A stretch of DNA of 64,000 nt from NCBI GenBank assembly GCA_030248215.1, contig JASANG010003984.1, positions 372,001 to 436,000 on the forward strand, read 5' to 3'. This DNA comes from Enoplolaimus lenunculus (Eukaryota). This document shows, piece after piece, positions 34,001-49,000 of this stretch (positions are counted from its first letter, which is position 1; each line of letters starts with the position of its first letter). The translations under genes and the position numbers were made by a program. The notes below the pieces were generated by a model. That model was not told where the DNA came from. It was given only the letters and a program-made list of their open reading frames with translations, and did no database searches.

Positions 34001-37000
34001 ACAAGCAATTTAATTTCAGCAATAATGGGTTTTCGGTGCGAAGAATCTGAATAAATTGTCTATAAACATTTAAAAGCGATTATCGAATAGTTTGTAATAG
34101 CTTATAATTGCATATTTGCTTAATTGACGAGAAAAAATTATGACTTTAAATTATTTCAATAATTATTAGGGTGGCTGAAGGGTTCTTGGGTGCGAGGAAT
34201 CTTAGGAAATTGCTTAAAAACCTCCAAAACCGACAAATGAATATTGTTATTTTTGATGGTTATAAAACAATTCATTTACATAGTGCTGAATTATATTAAA
34301 CTTTTGAGCGGGAAATTTTCTGGCTTTGCTTTGATTTTACATTGTACATACTTCTGTGTGTAAAGCTTAAGAAGCTTGACTTGCTATACAATTTAATCAC
34401 AGCAAAATTTTAATATTTCCATGTTTAAAATTCCGCTTTATGACATTGCAGATTACAGTTGTAAGTATTCTGTATCCTGTAGGTTTTACCGGAACCGCAT
34501 GTTCGGCTGAGGCCTGGTAGCTACACATATTTATTAAGCTCAGTCGGATTTTTTTACGGAAGTTGTCTGTTATTCGAATTTTTGTTTTGAAGATATTTAC
34601 AGCTCTTTTTGGTACATACATGAATTTAGTAAAAATAATATTGTGTGTTTAAGTTTCAATTTCGTATTTCGCAGTAATGCTGGGATTGGGAATTTCAAGA
34701 CGACAATTGATCAATTAATTTTTTCTATCGTTCTTTGCAGCTTCAAAATGTTTTGTTACTTATGTTAATTTTTTGTGTTGGTAAAATTTCTAATTGCAAT
34801 CATTTATACATTATTCAGGCGCTTCATTTGTGAAACGTTATCTCGCAACACCGTCAATTAATATGCTCACCTGCTTTGAAGAACTGAAAGGAAGTAGTAA
34901 TGTGCGTATATTTGTTTAATTTTTATCACATTTAGAACAATAAACTGTTTTAAATTGAAAGCACAGAAAGGTGTAATAAGTATTTATTATTAAAAATTGA
35001 GCTTAAGTTGACATTTAAAGAAATAATTGGTTTATAATATTTGTAAATAATGCAAGTGTAAATACTGAGGCACAGCTAGGATGGTGCTGTATTTTTTTGA
35101 AGAATTATTGTCGTACTCGACTGAAAAGTAGTACCTTTGTAAATATAAAGTTTTTGTCGTGCAGCATCTTTAAGCTTAAATCATATAAATTGGCAAATAA
35201 AATTTATTGACTTACGGCACATGCTGGTTCCGAGCAGCGCTGTACGATAAGTATAGCGCCACATCTTATGGTAATATATACGTTTCTTTTAGAAACAGGT
35301 TACTGCCGCTTTACATGCAAAAACAACACTAACAAAAATCAATGCTCTGATTTCTACATAGTAAGTTCGACTGCCGGTGCTGTGCTTAGATGATTTTGAT
35401 GGCCAGGGTCTTTATTAAACGATCGCGTTAAAATGTGGCTAAAGTAAATGGGATAATTTTAGACTCGGAATTCTGATAAGTTTGAAATTGCTATATCAGC
35501 GTGACATAACTTATGAACATCGTCACTTTATAAGTTTGCGGTCATAGTCTAAATCGTGTGCATAAAATTACGAAATAACCCTGTCAGACATGGTTATGCA
35601 ATTTCCACAATATGCGTACACAAGGTGACTTTTGGAGGGGTAGCGTGATGTGCACTGAAGCTTTTTTGGCTTCAGTGCGATGCACACTATCCCTTGAAAA
35701 GTCACCTGGTGTATGCATGATATTGTGGAATTTGCATTTATTTTTTGGTGCTCGAAAATGTTTTCAAATTTCTCAAGGAGTCTAATCAAGATTCGTGCTA
35801 TTTCGAATCATACAGTTTGAAAATTTGTATTGTTTTTATTGTGAGTAAAATTTTGTTTTTGTTTTTAGCCCGTTATGCCACAGACTATATCTAGCTCGAT
35901 GTAGAGCTCGTACTACAGATGGAAAATATACCGAATGCGCGAATATTTGTGATTTTTACCGTTATTTGTATATTGTAAACTTACATAAAGACTACAAGGA
36001 TGATGCAGATGTAAGTTGCGGGAGGGATATTGAACGTATATTTTGCACAATTTTCGATATTTACAAATATATCAATTAAAGTTAGTGCGCCTTCACGCGT
36101 GGTTTTGTTGGCGGTGTGGGGCACCGGAAACTATTGGTTGACAAAGTGTACTGTTCTGTAGACTTGACTCATAACATGCTATACAGATAGGTCCTGCCAT
36201 AATTTTATAACTTTGTATAATTAAACATAAGTTAACCAAGTAGGCCTTATAGGAGGAAAATAAGGTTATGAAATACTGAAATAATCATATATAAAAGTTA
36301 TCGAAAACATTTTTTGCTAGATGTTCCTGGTTGAGGATATATCTCTCTGACTCCGTCACATGGGTCTTCCCAATATCTCCTAAAACGTTGACACAGTCCA
36401 GTTTGGACGATTTAGACTCGAAAGTTTGAGATATTAACGCAGTGATTATAATGACTAGCTCAAGTAGAGTGCCAGATTTGGCCCAAGCGCTAATGGGTGT
36501 ACGCCCAGTATTGCACGGTTCACTATTATAATTCTGGCCGGACGACTTCTCTCTTATTATTCACTTCATATCGTATGGTGCGGTGTGTATCTTAGGATCT
36601 TCGTCGAACAACCGAAAGTTTACTGTGGCCTCCCTATCCAAGCACTGGTTATTGCGCGCGGTATGAGTTGCTATCCAAAAAGTTACAGTGCGTGTCAGAA
36701 CTGGTAACTCATGGATTTATTCCTGTAGATTGGATAAGTTATGCTAGTAAGTTGAACTGAATAGTAGGCAATTGCGACGTTTTTAGTTATCAGTACTAAA
36801 GCTTTTTACTATATCGATCGTTCGTTTTCACGTGGGTTTTAGGTTAATTGTGTTTTCGGCATTACTATGATTAATCCATTGTGTAAACCAACGTTTTGAC
36901 CGAAAGTGTTAAAATTACGACTCGTAGGCGTTTCAGATTTATGTAAATAAAAACAATGCAGTATTAGACATTTAAGTTGAGTGCACGATCACGTATTTTT

Positions 37001-40000
37001 GTTTTAGCAACGCCTTACGAAATGCTGGACCCACAGGAAAAGCCAAAACCAGAAGCCCCTGATAAAAAGACGAAAGCAGCCAAAACAAAGAATAATAAAA
37101 ACAAAAATAATAATAATAATAATAATAATAACATTAATAGTAATGATAACAAAAATGTCGGCAGTAATCGCATTAAAAATTATATTGCTATTATTAATAA
37201 TACTGAAAATAATAATAACAATGTTAATAATAAAATTAATAATGGTATAACCACTAAGGAAATCGCGGAAACTTTAAAAAAGATTAACAATAGCCGAACA
37301 GCAAGCATGCACAGTGTCTCTACTAAATCTGAATTTGATATTGCGTCTATTAAATTAAAAGCAGACCTCAAAGAAGGCGGAGAATCCAGCACTGTTCATA
37401 CGCACAACGATGAGTTGCTTCGAAAGAAACAAGTTAGTCAACAAAAAATTGCTTACCTTGCAAGTCTGTAAACGAAGCTATGCATCTTGTATCAGGCGTA
37501 GCGGGCATGGCTGAGCTGGAGCGTGAAGCAGTTAGCTAAGCATGTTTTGTATTTTTGGGCATGCTGCATCTGTCTTTTACTTCGGTGCATTTTGAAAATG
37601 TATTCGCAACAGTTGCTATAGCTACCGACGGTTAAAATCTTGGCTTAGGCAGGCAGATCAGAGATATCGATAAGCGGACTTGAGGTGTTTTGATTACAGT
37701 CTGTCAGTTACTTCGCAGTTCACTAGCCCAATCTCGAGTGGAGGGATTATACTGATTTTTGTTAAACGAAACCCGTGTGCTTTTTTCTTTTTTGGCCACA
37801 ATTTTCAGTTGAAATTGCGAACCCGGGGACTTTTTCTAGTGGGGGGTGAACTTGGGGGAATGTGCCGAGTGGGGGGACTTTGGTCTGTGGGGCTACCGAC
37901 CTACTCCCCCACCGGCGCAACGCCAATTACATAATATTCTTAAACTGTTTTTATTTTTCTTGATCCTTGATGACTAGTAATTCTGTTGTGAACCCATTTA
38001 GTTTCCTTATATTGTTGTCAATTTACTTTATTGAATCGAAGTGAGCTATAACCTCGTCATCTCATAGTGAAATGTTTGGGAACCATTCAGTTGTTGATTA
38101 GAACAAGTTAGTGTCACTGATGACTGTTGCAATAGCGTGCAACTAAGTAAAAATTGTGTGGTGCAAAATGTACCGCCGTGCGTTGCGTTTTTGGCTAACC
38201 TTCTATTATTTAGGGGAGTAGTTGATGTTTGAAACGTAGAATTCGCATGCTTTTTAAAAGTACGAACGGAGTAAATTGATGAAATTTCATTTTGCCATCG
38301 AAAACACTAAAAGGTAGTGTTATCACGCGTCAATTTTCAAAATTGTCATGCTCAACTCTACCCCCACGCAGAAATTGCGTTAACTCTACCCTAACACGTG
38401 TCACAGCCCTACCCTAACATATGTCACATAACATTTTGTAACATTCGTTATCGTAGCGTTTGCCTAATTCTTGCGTTATGGTAGGGTTGGTAAACTTGGT
38501 CCTCTAAATAACGGGGTGGGGGAGGCCAAAGACTCAACTTGCGCTGGGTAAATTCCTTTATACACAGAATAAACCCAGTTGCCGGGGTGCAAAGCGAAAC
38601 TGGACTATGTAGGAATCGGAACAGCAAATTTATACCGGAATCGGAACTACAAATTTTGTGACTATGCGAATAATTAAAACGGTAATTTTGTGTGTTTAGA
38701 TGTTGAGATCGAGAGAATTTTTATGCAACATATCCCAAAATGTAAGGTTAAATTAAAATTTCAAAATTCCGATTGCAACATTAAAATTAAAATTTTAAAA
38801 TTCGGGTTCCGATTCATCGTACAATCGTGATCGAAAGTCGTTTTGAATCGGAATTCTTTGGCTTAACTGGTGCAGTTCAAGCTTAAAACTGCAGTGGTAA
38901 GTAGGAAAATCATACTTGCTTTCGAAATATTTGGATTTTAGGTAGAAACTGGAACTGAGTCAAAGAAATTTGATCAGAAGGCAAAAAGTGAAGTTGCCGC
39001 TCGCACAACGAAAGGTTCTGAGCTTATACCAATGGACAAGCCGCAGTCCATTGATAGCGAAGTGAAAAAACTGTCAGATAAAACATCTGGAAAAGTAAAC
39101 GTTGGTTATAAATTGTGTTGCACCGTACATCTATATTAGTGAAGCTGGAACGACTAATATACGTTTGTATTTTGGGCATTGTTAGAGCATTGAATAAAAT
39201 AAATTTTGGTTTTCTAAATGAATGATTATCACAAATTTGCGAAATTAATTTTTTGTCGGAGGGCAAAATAATTTGTACTTGAAACGCATTTTTCAGGTTT
39301 AGTTTTTAAACTTCGTGCTTGAAATCCAGAGATAAGTAGGAAAATATTAGATGACTGCTTATTTTTGTGTTTTAGTTAGAAAATGGATCTGAACCAAAAA
39401 GATTCGATCCAAAGGTGAAAAATGCCGCTCGTTCAAGAAAGGGTTCTGGACTTGCAGAAAGATGCAAGCCACAGTCCACTGATTTCGAAATGACAAAACT
39501 ATTGGATGAAACATCTGGAAAAGTAAAAGATGGTTATGTTTTTGCACAGTACATATTAGATATTATTAAAGGTGGGATGACAAACATACGTATCTTTGGC
39601 ATTGTTAGAGCTTACAACTTTGAACAAAATTTGGTTTTCTAAATTATGCGTATGTGTTTGCGATTATCACAAATTTAAAAAAACGTTTTGTTTTCTGCGA
39701 AATTAATTTTTTGGTGGTGGGCATTATACTTGAAACGCGTTTTTCATGTTTATATTTTGTAAACTAGTTATGCTTTCAACACTGAGAAACTTCTGTACAT
39801 TGCCCGTAAAAATTAAATTCGATTTGTTGACGTCCTTAATAACTTGAACGTTGTCATAAACTGACGTTAACTTTTTGTTTTGAAAAGTGTATTTTTGTTT
39901 TTGTCTGTCTGTTTGCTTAGGCAGCATCCGCAATAATTTGTTACGCTGAGTGTAAAAACGGATTTCTGTTTTGCATACGACGTTTAATTAATTTCATTTT

Positions 40001-43000
40001 TAGTATTAAACTAGTAATCCGTAGTTGCGCACATTATGTGCAAATCTCTTAATACACTGTATTGCTATGTTTAAATGGATTTGTTTTAAGCAAGTCTACT
40101 CATAAGCCTTGAAACTTGATTAACAATTAATAAGACAAAATTTATATTTCAATGGAAACATCGTGTTAACAGGGATGTAGTGAGATTTTGAACTCTCGAA
40201 TTAAACGTGATCGGAAAGGTCATGAAAGTGTCCATTTTGTCGGAAAGGGATAGTATTCCCTGTCCCACCCCTTGTATTACCCACCTGCATGTAAAAACAG
40301 TTGGAACAACGAACTTTAAACTGAAAAAAAAACTGTTTTGCATCAATAGTTTCCGTGACTGAAACATTTCTTGTAACTCAAAGTTCGTCATCAACTTCCT
40401 TGGGAACAGAACTGGAGAAGTAAGCTAGATCAATGAAAAGCCAATAGTGCTAGTTTTGTATTCAATTTTAATATATTATCTAGTGTGGGTTTAGATGTAA
40501 AGAAGCATATACTCGGACACCCTTTAAACCCTTGGTGGATTCTAGTTTCATTGCATTAACACAGAAGATCATGTGTAAGGCAGTGTACTTGAATTTTTTT
40601 CATGTTTCCTTGTAAGTCAGGCTGCAGTCTGGCTGGTAGCAAAGTTACAAAAATGCCCGTCGTTATGTTTGTGCGAATGATGGACTCCGGACCCACCATC
40701 CGCAGTGTTTAAGGCAATATACAAATTAAATATGTATACGTTAAATATACGGAAAGGAAGACCGGCTTCGTAACATGGAATAACAACAAAAGAAAAACTA
40801 AACAACGGTCTTCTATCTTCCAAATTTTTATTCACAAGTGGAGAAATAAAGTTTCATATTTTGTAATACAAATGTTTTCAACAGAGCCGGATTGTAAATA
40901 CTCTGCTGAACCGGAACCGGGTGGTAACCGTATAATAACTAAATTTTTGCAAATGTCGGTAATGTTACAGTCGCACAAAAGTAAATGTGTACTGGTTTAA
41001 AATTAATTGTCAGCTTGGATTTTGCATTTCACTTTGTTGTCAAAAACTTAAAATTATTGACTTGCTCGGAAATACAGTAGCAGAAAAATGTCCAGTATTT
41101 TCACATGCAAAACGTAGTTTTATGATATTCGTAACCACAACCGCAGATATTCTATATCCGGTAGATTCATACGGGATACAGATATCAAACCGAAACCGGA
41201 TATATGGTCGATCCCTTATGTATTAGTTTGGTGCCTTTCAGGCGACTGCATCGGCAGTTCGGGCATTGCTCAACAAATTGAAGCCGTCAAATTTCGACGA
41301 ATTAGCAAAGGAATTTTTGAAATACATAGACGATTGTGAGGAAAACAACGCGGAAGACGAAACGCGATCGATTGTTGATATTGTGTTTCGCAAAGCAATC
41401 GAAGAACCAAACTTTTGCCAGATTTACGCCCGCCTGAGTGAATATGTCTGTAAGGTGAGTTGAGTTTTCTTTGAGTGTAATTTCAGCCGGGGTCAAAAGT
41501 CTGACTGGAGATTCTGAAAGCAACTGATTATAATCATTAGGGTTTTCGCTTCACTGGCAAAAATTCTGTTTTGCGAGCACAAAGCAATATACGTTATGAC
41601 CTGGTTTAATAACGGTGGTGTTGACGCATAAAACCAAAGTATCCAGTTCAGGAACGTACGTACAGGTATGAGAATCAATAGACAGTGAGCAATGCTCATA
41701 CGGGATTGATGGTCGAAGCATCTTTAGCCAATTTCCCGAATTACGAAAGCGTCTTAGATCTGAGAATTGAATGAACGACAGAAACTGTTTGAGTTTGAAT
41801 GTAGTCCACGCCAGCTGGATTGGTACTATTACTGTTACCAGCAAATAATTACTAGGCAAAAGTAGACGTGTGTGTTACAAGTTTATCATTATTTTTGTGT
41901 TGACATTTTTGGAATGCGAGTTTTATGTTTTTATTTTGATACCTTTTTACAGCGTCAGCTTCAAGTTGGTAATCGTTCAACATTCCGTAACTTTTTGCTG
42001 TTCATGTGTCAGTCAGAATTTGAAACGTATAAAGATATCGAAAAAGAATTTGCAGCCGAACAAGAAAAAATTGACGCTGCACAAGTAAGCCAATTGAGAT
42101 ATATGACCACGGTTATCTGTCAGGGTCGTTTTATGTGTGGTTGTAGATAGGGATGACAGGATGTGCGTTGCAGGTAGCCGTACTGCTGCTATATGGTTAT
42201 CTGCAATCCTTTTTATCCTGGGTCCCTATTGTCAAATGTGTGTATCACATATTGTAACTTTCGAACCAGAGCATGCTGAGACTGAAAATTTTGCACATTT
42301 TTTGCATTTACTTTGTTCTACTCCTGTACCAATTTTGAGTTCAGTAACAGCAATAGTTAGGTAGTTTGCAAACCAATTACTAACTGATGATAGTTATAGA
42401 AATTTGAAAATACGGGCCCTGAACAGAGAAGTTAAGGTTTTGTGTAACTTACGGGCGCCGGTAGGAATTTAAGCGAATTTTGACTTGTAATCATAACTAC
42501 TTTTCAGAGCAGATTTGTTGGTTTATTTTTCAGGACCCTAAAATAAGACGCGAATTAGAAGATGCTCGCACGGAACGAGTTAGTAAAGTAAAACAACGAG
42601 CCTTAGGAAATATGAGGTTTGTATATCGGACTGGTGCTAGATACTTAGTCAAAATCCAGCACGAACATTAATGCATAAGTTGTGTACTCTTTGTTTTTTA
42701 ATTTTAGTGTTGATCAGAAATGGGATGGCTCTATAACTTCGGTTATTTGACCCTGTGTATCAGTTTGTAGCACTGTTTTTATTTATAATTTTGTTTCTTG
42801 TAGCTTGTATTATTTAGCTGTTTCATTATTAGTATTTGGTTCGTCGCAGATTTTCTGACTCGCCACTAGTAAGGCTATGTTAACCGGATCTACCCCAGAG
42901 GTTGTCCCAGAAGTAGGGTGGCTGGGCTGCCCCCCCAAAATGTTTCGCCGGCAGCTAATTTATTTCTCTGCTAAAATTAACTGTAATTTGTAACACAAAA

Positions 43001-46000
43001 ATATAAAATAAAATATTTTAATGGCCCTCCGTGTCCAAAAAAATCTTGAGATCGCCATTGATTTGGTCTGCTTATTTGGTATTGTTTTTAATATTTTCCA
43101 GTTTTATTGGTGAGCTTTACAAACACGATATGGTGATACCTAAAATTGTGCAATCATGCATACACAGTTTGATTAACAAAGGCGATGACGAACAAAGTCT
43201 TGAATGCTTATGCAAATTGCTAACAATTATTGGCAAATCGCTATGGGAGCGGTCGCATGTAAGCTTAAATTTGAGGATACGTTTGTTACTGGGCGGTGCT
43301 GAAATTTATTGCGTCACTGACTTGGTGTCACGAAGGTTTTTTACTTTCAAAATTCCGTTTGATATGGACAAAAGCATTGCTTAGAATTTATAATAAATAA
43401 ATAAGTAATAATAATAATAATATTTATAATAACCACGACGACAACAACAACAACAATAATAATAATAGTTATAGTTATATTAGACATTGTATTATATGCG
43501 AATGCCGAACAGAAGTTTATTCAGCGAAGCGTTTTATGTTTTGTACTTGGGGGTCGAAAGGTGGATGTCCGTCCGTCCGTCTGTCCGTCCGAAAAGAATC
43601 TCAGGAACGGCTGAACCGATTTTGATAAACTTTTTTTTGTTTGAAAGCCAATAATTCTGGGGTGTTAACCTCGCATTGGGGTTTTAAAATTTGGAGCCGT
43701 TTATTAGCTACAGGCTAATTTGCATAATTAATTAAACCTAAATTAGTACTTTCCACAATATTTCAGTAATTATTTCAGTTAGAAGCAATCTAATTTTAGC
43801 ATTAAAGGGTTTTTGGGTGCAAGAAATCTCCGTAGACTGTTTACAAACCTCCAAAACTGATAATTGAGTGGTTAGCTAATGGATAATTTGCATATTAGCA
43901 AGGTTATAAGCCTAAACTAGGACTTTTTACAATATTTCACAATTATTAAGGTTAAAAGCAATATAATTTCAGCACTAAAGGGTTTTTAGGTGCAAGGAAT
44001 TTGAATAAAAAGTTTATAAACATCCAAAACCGATAATTGAATAGTTAGCTAATAACTAATTTGCATAATAGCTTAATTGACAAGACAAAACTAGGACTTT
44101 TTAAATTATTTCAATAATTTTTAGGGTTCACTGAAGGTTTTTGGGTGCGAGAAATCTGAATAAATTGTTTACAAACCTCCAAAACCGACAATTGAATAGT
44201 TAGCTAATAGTTAATTTGCATATTAGCTTAATTGACAAGACAAAATTAGGATTTTATTTTTAAATTATTCCAAAAATTATAGGGTGGCTGAAGGGTTTTT
44301 GGGTGCCTGGAATCTGAGGACATTGCTTACAAACCTCCAAAACCGATAAAGGAATAGTTAGCTAATAACTAATTTGCATATTACCTTAATTGCTTACGTG
44401 TGTTCGAGCTTCGCTCAATAAATGTAGTCCCACTACGACTGGTATAAGGTTGTTATTACTTTTACATTTATAACATTTTGAAAAGCCGAAGTGTTTGTTT
44501 CTTATTTGTAAACATTGTATATTTTCCTGTGTGTCAGGCTGTTATCGTCGAAATGAACAGTAATTTTTATATTTAACTATTAATCCAAACGTTTATTGTC
44601 TTTGCGTGGTTCATTGATTGGCTTGTTTTTTTAGAATCATGAACCAATTAAGCGAACGCTAGGCAAGTTGGAATCAATTGCTGCCAGCGGTACAGTTTCA
44701 CCACGGATTAAGTTTATGATACAAGATTTGCTTGAACGTCAAGTAGTGGTACGTACGTTTTCTAAATTGGTTTATCACGACACTTACCTTCCCGTAGAAA
44801 TTGGGTGATGTATGATCAAAATGCAAATTGCTGTCCGGTTTGTGCATTTTTGATATTGCGTCACACTTGTTAGTTGTTTTTCAGTAGCTGTTAGTGCGCT
44901 AGGTCAGACACAGTTATATATTAATATTATTTTCAATATTCTAATTTGGCGAGTAACTTAGATTGGTTTAGTGATAATATTACTCGTAAAATTGGGACCT
45001 CATTGTACGATTAGGAAGATAACAGTGCACGATGTCCTCTTTTTACAAGTGTGCACAACTGGGTACATTCTGTGTCAAAAGAATGTATCCAGCACACGTT
45101 CCGTTTTTGTCGACCCCCTTAATCTTTTGGGTTGTAACCATTAGAGATCTATTCAACGGTGCAAGCAACATCTTTCCCAACTGGGGAATCGGGCAAAAAT
45201 TCAACACACGTTGGCGCATTTTGTACCACGCTCAAGTTTCTTAAATTTTCAAAAACTAATAAATATATATTCCTTGTACTTTGTGTAACTTTATAATCTC
45301 AAGTTCTTGTCGAATCTTTGCTGCATTTTGGCCTTGCATCGCAAGTCTCGTTTTCAAATAAACCACTACTTGCATTCCTAGTGGCTTGAAACAGTATATG
45401 AGCTGCTGCAATATATCCACTGCGCTGAGAGTACGACTGCAGTTTCGGCCGTCCGATGAAATATTACTCGTAGGTTCGCTCAATAATTGAGCATAATGCT
45501 GGATCAGCCTAAACTGATTCAGTTTTACACAAAATAAACTCAAGCCACTGCAGCAACGGTGATATAGTAACTGTATTCATGAAACATAACTTTTCACATT
45601 CATTCAACTTATTTTTTACATATAGAATCAATTTTGAGCCTTTGTTTGTTTGTTTATTTATTTGTTAAATAATACGTATTATTCAACGTAATTCGTAAAC
45701 AAAATAGCCGTATACTTAACCGGAAGAACCACGTTTAAATTCATGTTGATTTGCATGCGTATATACGTACATAAAAATTTGTGAAAAATTTATCGGAACG
45801 CTTCCCAAAATACTATGTGGGGCGTTCCAGCTTTTAATTAGTTAAAAAATTTATATATGGTTCCATCGAATTGAATTTAATTAAAAGCTCCATTTATTAA
45901 TTAAGCAGTTTGAAAATTAGTACATAATCCTTGGCAATCATTGAGAATGAACCATCGAAGATAGATTTCTCTTCCATAGATAAGGAAGTCTAAAATACAG

Positions 46001-49000
46001 TAGATTAAGCGAATACCTATCTGCAACTCCTCAACACGGCCAAAAAATTGCTTGTAATGTTGGCACATCACAGTGGTTGATGCATTACGTGTCTTAGGCT
46101 TTCTGGTTCTGTTCAAGTTTCACTTGTATATGTCGTAATGTCCCGACGTGTAAAATTGAAAAAATCGGTGCCGTTGGCCCGCCTAAGTGAGGGAGTGGGG
46201 TAGGCCAAAACGCAACGTGCGTTGTGTACATTTGTTTGTAAACAGAATGTACCCAGTGACACACTCTTGTCTAACAGAGTGATCATCCACGCGTGATTAC
46301 ATTGATTTAATTGGTGCAATTCGAGTTTGAAACTTCATGGATAAGTTGTAAATTAATGTTAGTTTACTGCGAGGTACTTGTGTTTCAGTTTGAAACGGAA
46401 ACCAAATCAACGAAATTTGATTCAACGGCAAAAAATAAAATTACCGCGCGCGCAAAGAAAGGTTCTGGACTTACACAAACAGACAAGCCACAGTCCGCTG
46501 GTAGCGAAATGAAAAAAAAGATGGATAAAGCATCAGAAAAAATAAATGTTAGCTATAAAGTTTTGGGATTTTTCTGTAAAATGTTCGTTCTCAAAAAACT
46601 AAGTTTGATTTTTTGATATCTTCAAAAATTGAACGTTATCACAAATTAAACTTAACTTTTTGTTTTAGAGAATGTATTTTTGATTGTTTGCGTGTTTTGA
46701 TCTGTTTGGTTCTACTTAAGCTTTACTCTATATTTCCTGATTTCTCAACGTGTGAAATTGAAAAAATCGGTTAACTTGACCCCCATCTCTAATTAAGGGG
46801 AGGTGGGCTAGTCGAAGTTAGCAACATTCGCTCTGGGCACATTCTTGGATACACGGAATATACCCAGCGACTGCCACACTCTTGTCTAATTGGGTGATTA
46901 TCCAGTCTGTATTGCACTGATTTAACTGGTGCAGTTCGTGCATGATATCTAGGATAAGTACGAAAATCTTAGTTGACTGCGGGATAATTGCGTTTTAGGT
47001 AGAAACTGAAACAGAATCAGTGAGATTTGATTCAAAGGCAAAGAATGGAAATGCCGCGCACGCAAGGAATGGTTCTGGACTTGCAGAAATGAACAAGCCA
47101 CAGTCCAGTGATAGTGAAGTGAAAAAACTGACGGATAAAACATCTGGAAAAGTAAAAGTTGGTTATAAAGTTTGTTGTACCGTACATCTATATTAGTGAA
47201 ACTGGAACGACTAATATACGTATGTATTTCGGGCATTGTTAGAGCATTGAATGAAATAAATTTTTAAACTTGATAAGCTTTTAACGCTAGGAACCTTTTG
47301 TACGTTGCCCGTAAAAAACTAAATTGGAGTTTTTGACGCCTTTAAAAAGTCGAACGTTGTCACAAATTAAACTTAACTTTTTGTTTTGGAAAATGTATTT
47401 TTGTTTGTTTACGTGGTTTAACCTGTAGATTTTATTCACGTCTTAGGGTGGCGCTATACGTTTGATGACGTCCGGTGCAGTCCGTCACTGTGCGGTATCG
47501 TACGGGAATTACTCACGTATGATACCTTATGATGACAGAGGCATGTACGATACCGAAAAGCGACGTATGGTGACGGACGGTGCTGCGCAACAAGTATAGC
47601 GCCACTCTAACTCGCTTTATTTCGGAATTTCTCAGGTGCAGTTCGTGCTTGAAATCCAAAGATAAGTAGGAAAATATTAGATGACTGTTATTTTTGTGTT
47701 TTAGTTAGAAAATGGATCTGAACCAAAGAGGTTCGATCCAAAGGCGAAAAATGAAATTGCCGCTCGTTCAAGAAAGGGTTCTGGACTTGCAGAAAGATGC
47801 AAGCCACAGTCCACTGATTTCGAAATGACAAAACTATTGGATGAAACATCTGGAAAAGTAAAAGATGGTTATGTTTTTGCACAGTACATATTAGATATTA
47901 TTAAAGGTTGGATGACAAACATACGTATCTTTGGCATTTTTAGAGCTTAGAACGTTGAACAAAATTTGGTTTTCTAAATTATGCGTATGAGTTTACGATT
48001 ATCACAAATATACAAAATGACGTTTACAAAAAACCAAGTTCGAATTGTTCACATCTTTAAAAACTTGACTGTTGTCACAAATTCAAGTCAACTTTTTGTT
48101 TTAAAAATGTATTTCTGATTGTGTACGTGTTTTAATCTGTTTGGTTCTGTTTTAGTTTTACTCTGTATATTTCTGTTCTAGGCTGAGTGTAAAGTGTCGT
48201 CAGAAAATCCGCTACCGACATCTGTGTTACCTTCCGTTTCTGAAGGACCTCATGCGATGTTAAGACGTACTGAAGAAGCGATTCGCAATCGTTTGTACGA
48301 TGGAACTGTGGCATTACGTGCTGAACACACCAACTATGATAAAGCAATTGAATGCTACCAAGACGCGCTTGAGTTGTTGGGCAGAGCTGAGGTTTGAAAA
48401 TTTTGTGAAATTCAAACTTTGCCTATAAAAATATATTTTACATGCAAGGTAATATGTATGCATGATGATAGGTTAAAAATTTTAGCGATGAACGTTAAGA
48501 TACTGAATGTATATACATGAAACAATCGAAAAATGAGATTAATCAAGACTGTATGATGACTTAAACAACGGTGTATACAACTGAATACATTCTCTGTACA
48601 AAGAAAACATACTCAGCGCGTGTGGAGTATATTGTCTACCCAGCAGGCTGCACCATCCACGTGGGATAGCACTTTCAAAAGTTGCCTATTGTCTGGAGTC
48701 ATCATCAACTTTGAATAGTGTGTGCTTGATGTTGTTTTAGCACTGGAACCAATGAAATCGTCTCTGTTTTCAAGATTCACAACTTACGCGTTAAATATGT
48801 TGCTACTTATTTTAGCATAATTTTACAACGACTGATTTGATTATGGTGAAGTATTGCTTAGCAGAAGCGTATATTGGAAGTTCAAATTCGAAAACAAGGG
48901 TAAGATTCTTTTTACATATTTAAAAACTCATTGTTTGGACGTTACGCTCGTAGTTGATTTAGTTGCTGTGTGTATACACTATACAGAAAGTGCAAAGTGG

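Larger units (their letters stand above)
38942..47868 (+). repeat. Five paralogous phase-0 exons of about 150-160 nt (Lys/Ser/Glu-rich unit of about 50 aa) within the TTC3-like gene
   Basis: Copies start at 38942, 39376, 46389, 46999 and 47705 (consensus roughly xExxxExKxFDxKxKNxxAARxxKGSGLxxxxKPQSxDxExKKLxDKTSGK). The 39376 and 47705 copies and their flanking introns are nearly identical. Confidence 0.85.

Noticed and set aside
41242..44748. Standalone eIF4G gene
   Set aside because: No own start, stop, MA3 or W2 domain was seen; the cassette is phase-compatible with the surrounding TTC3-like exons.
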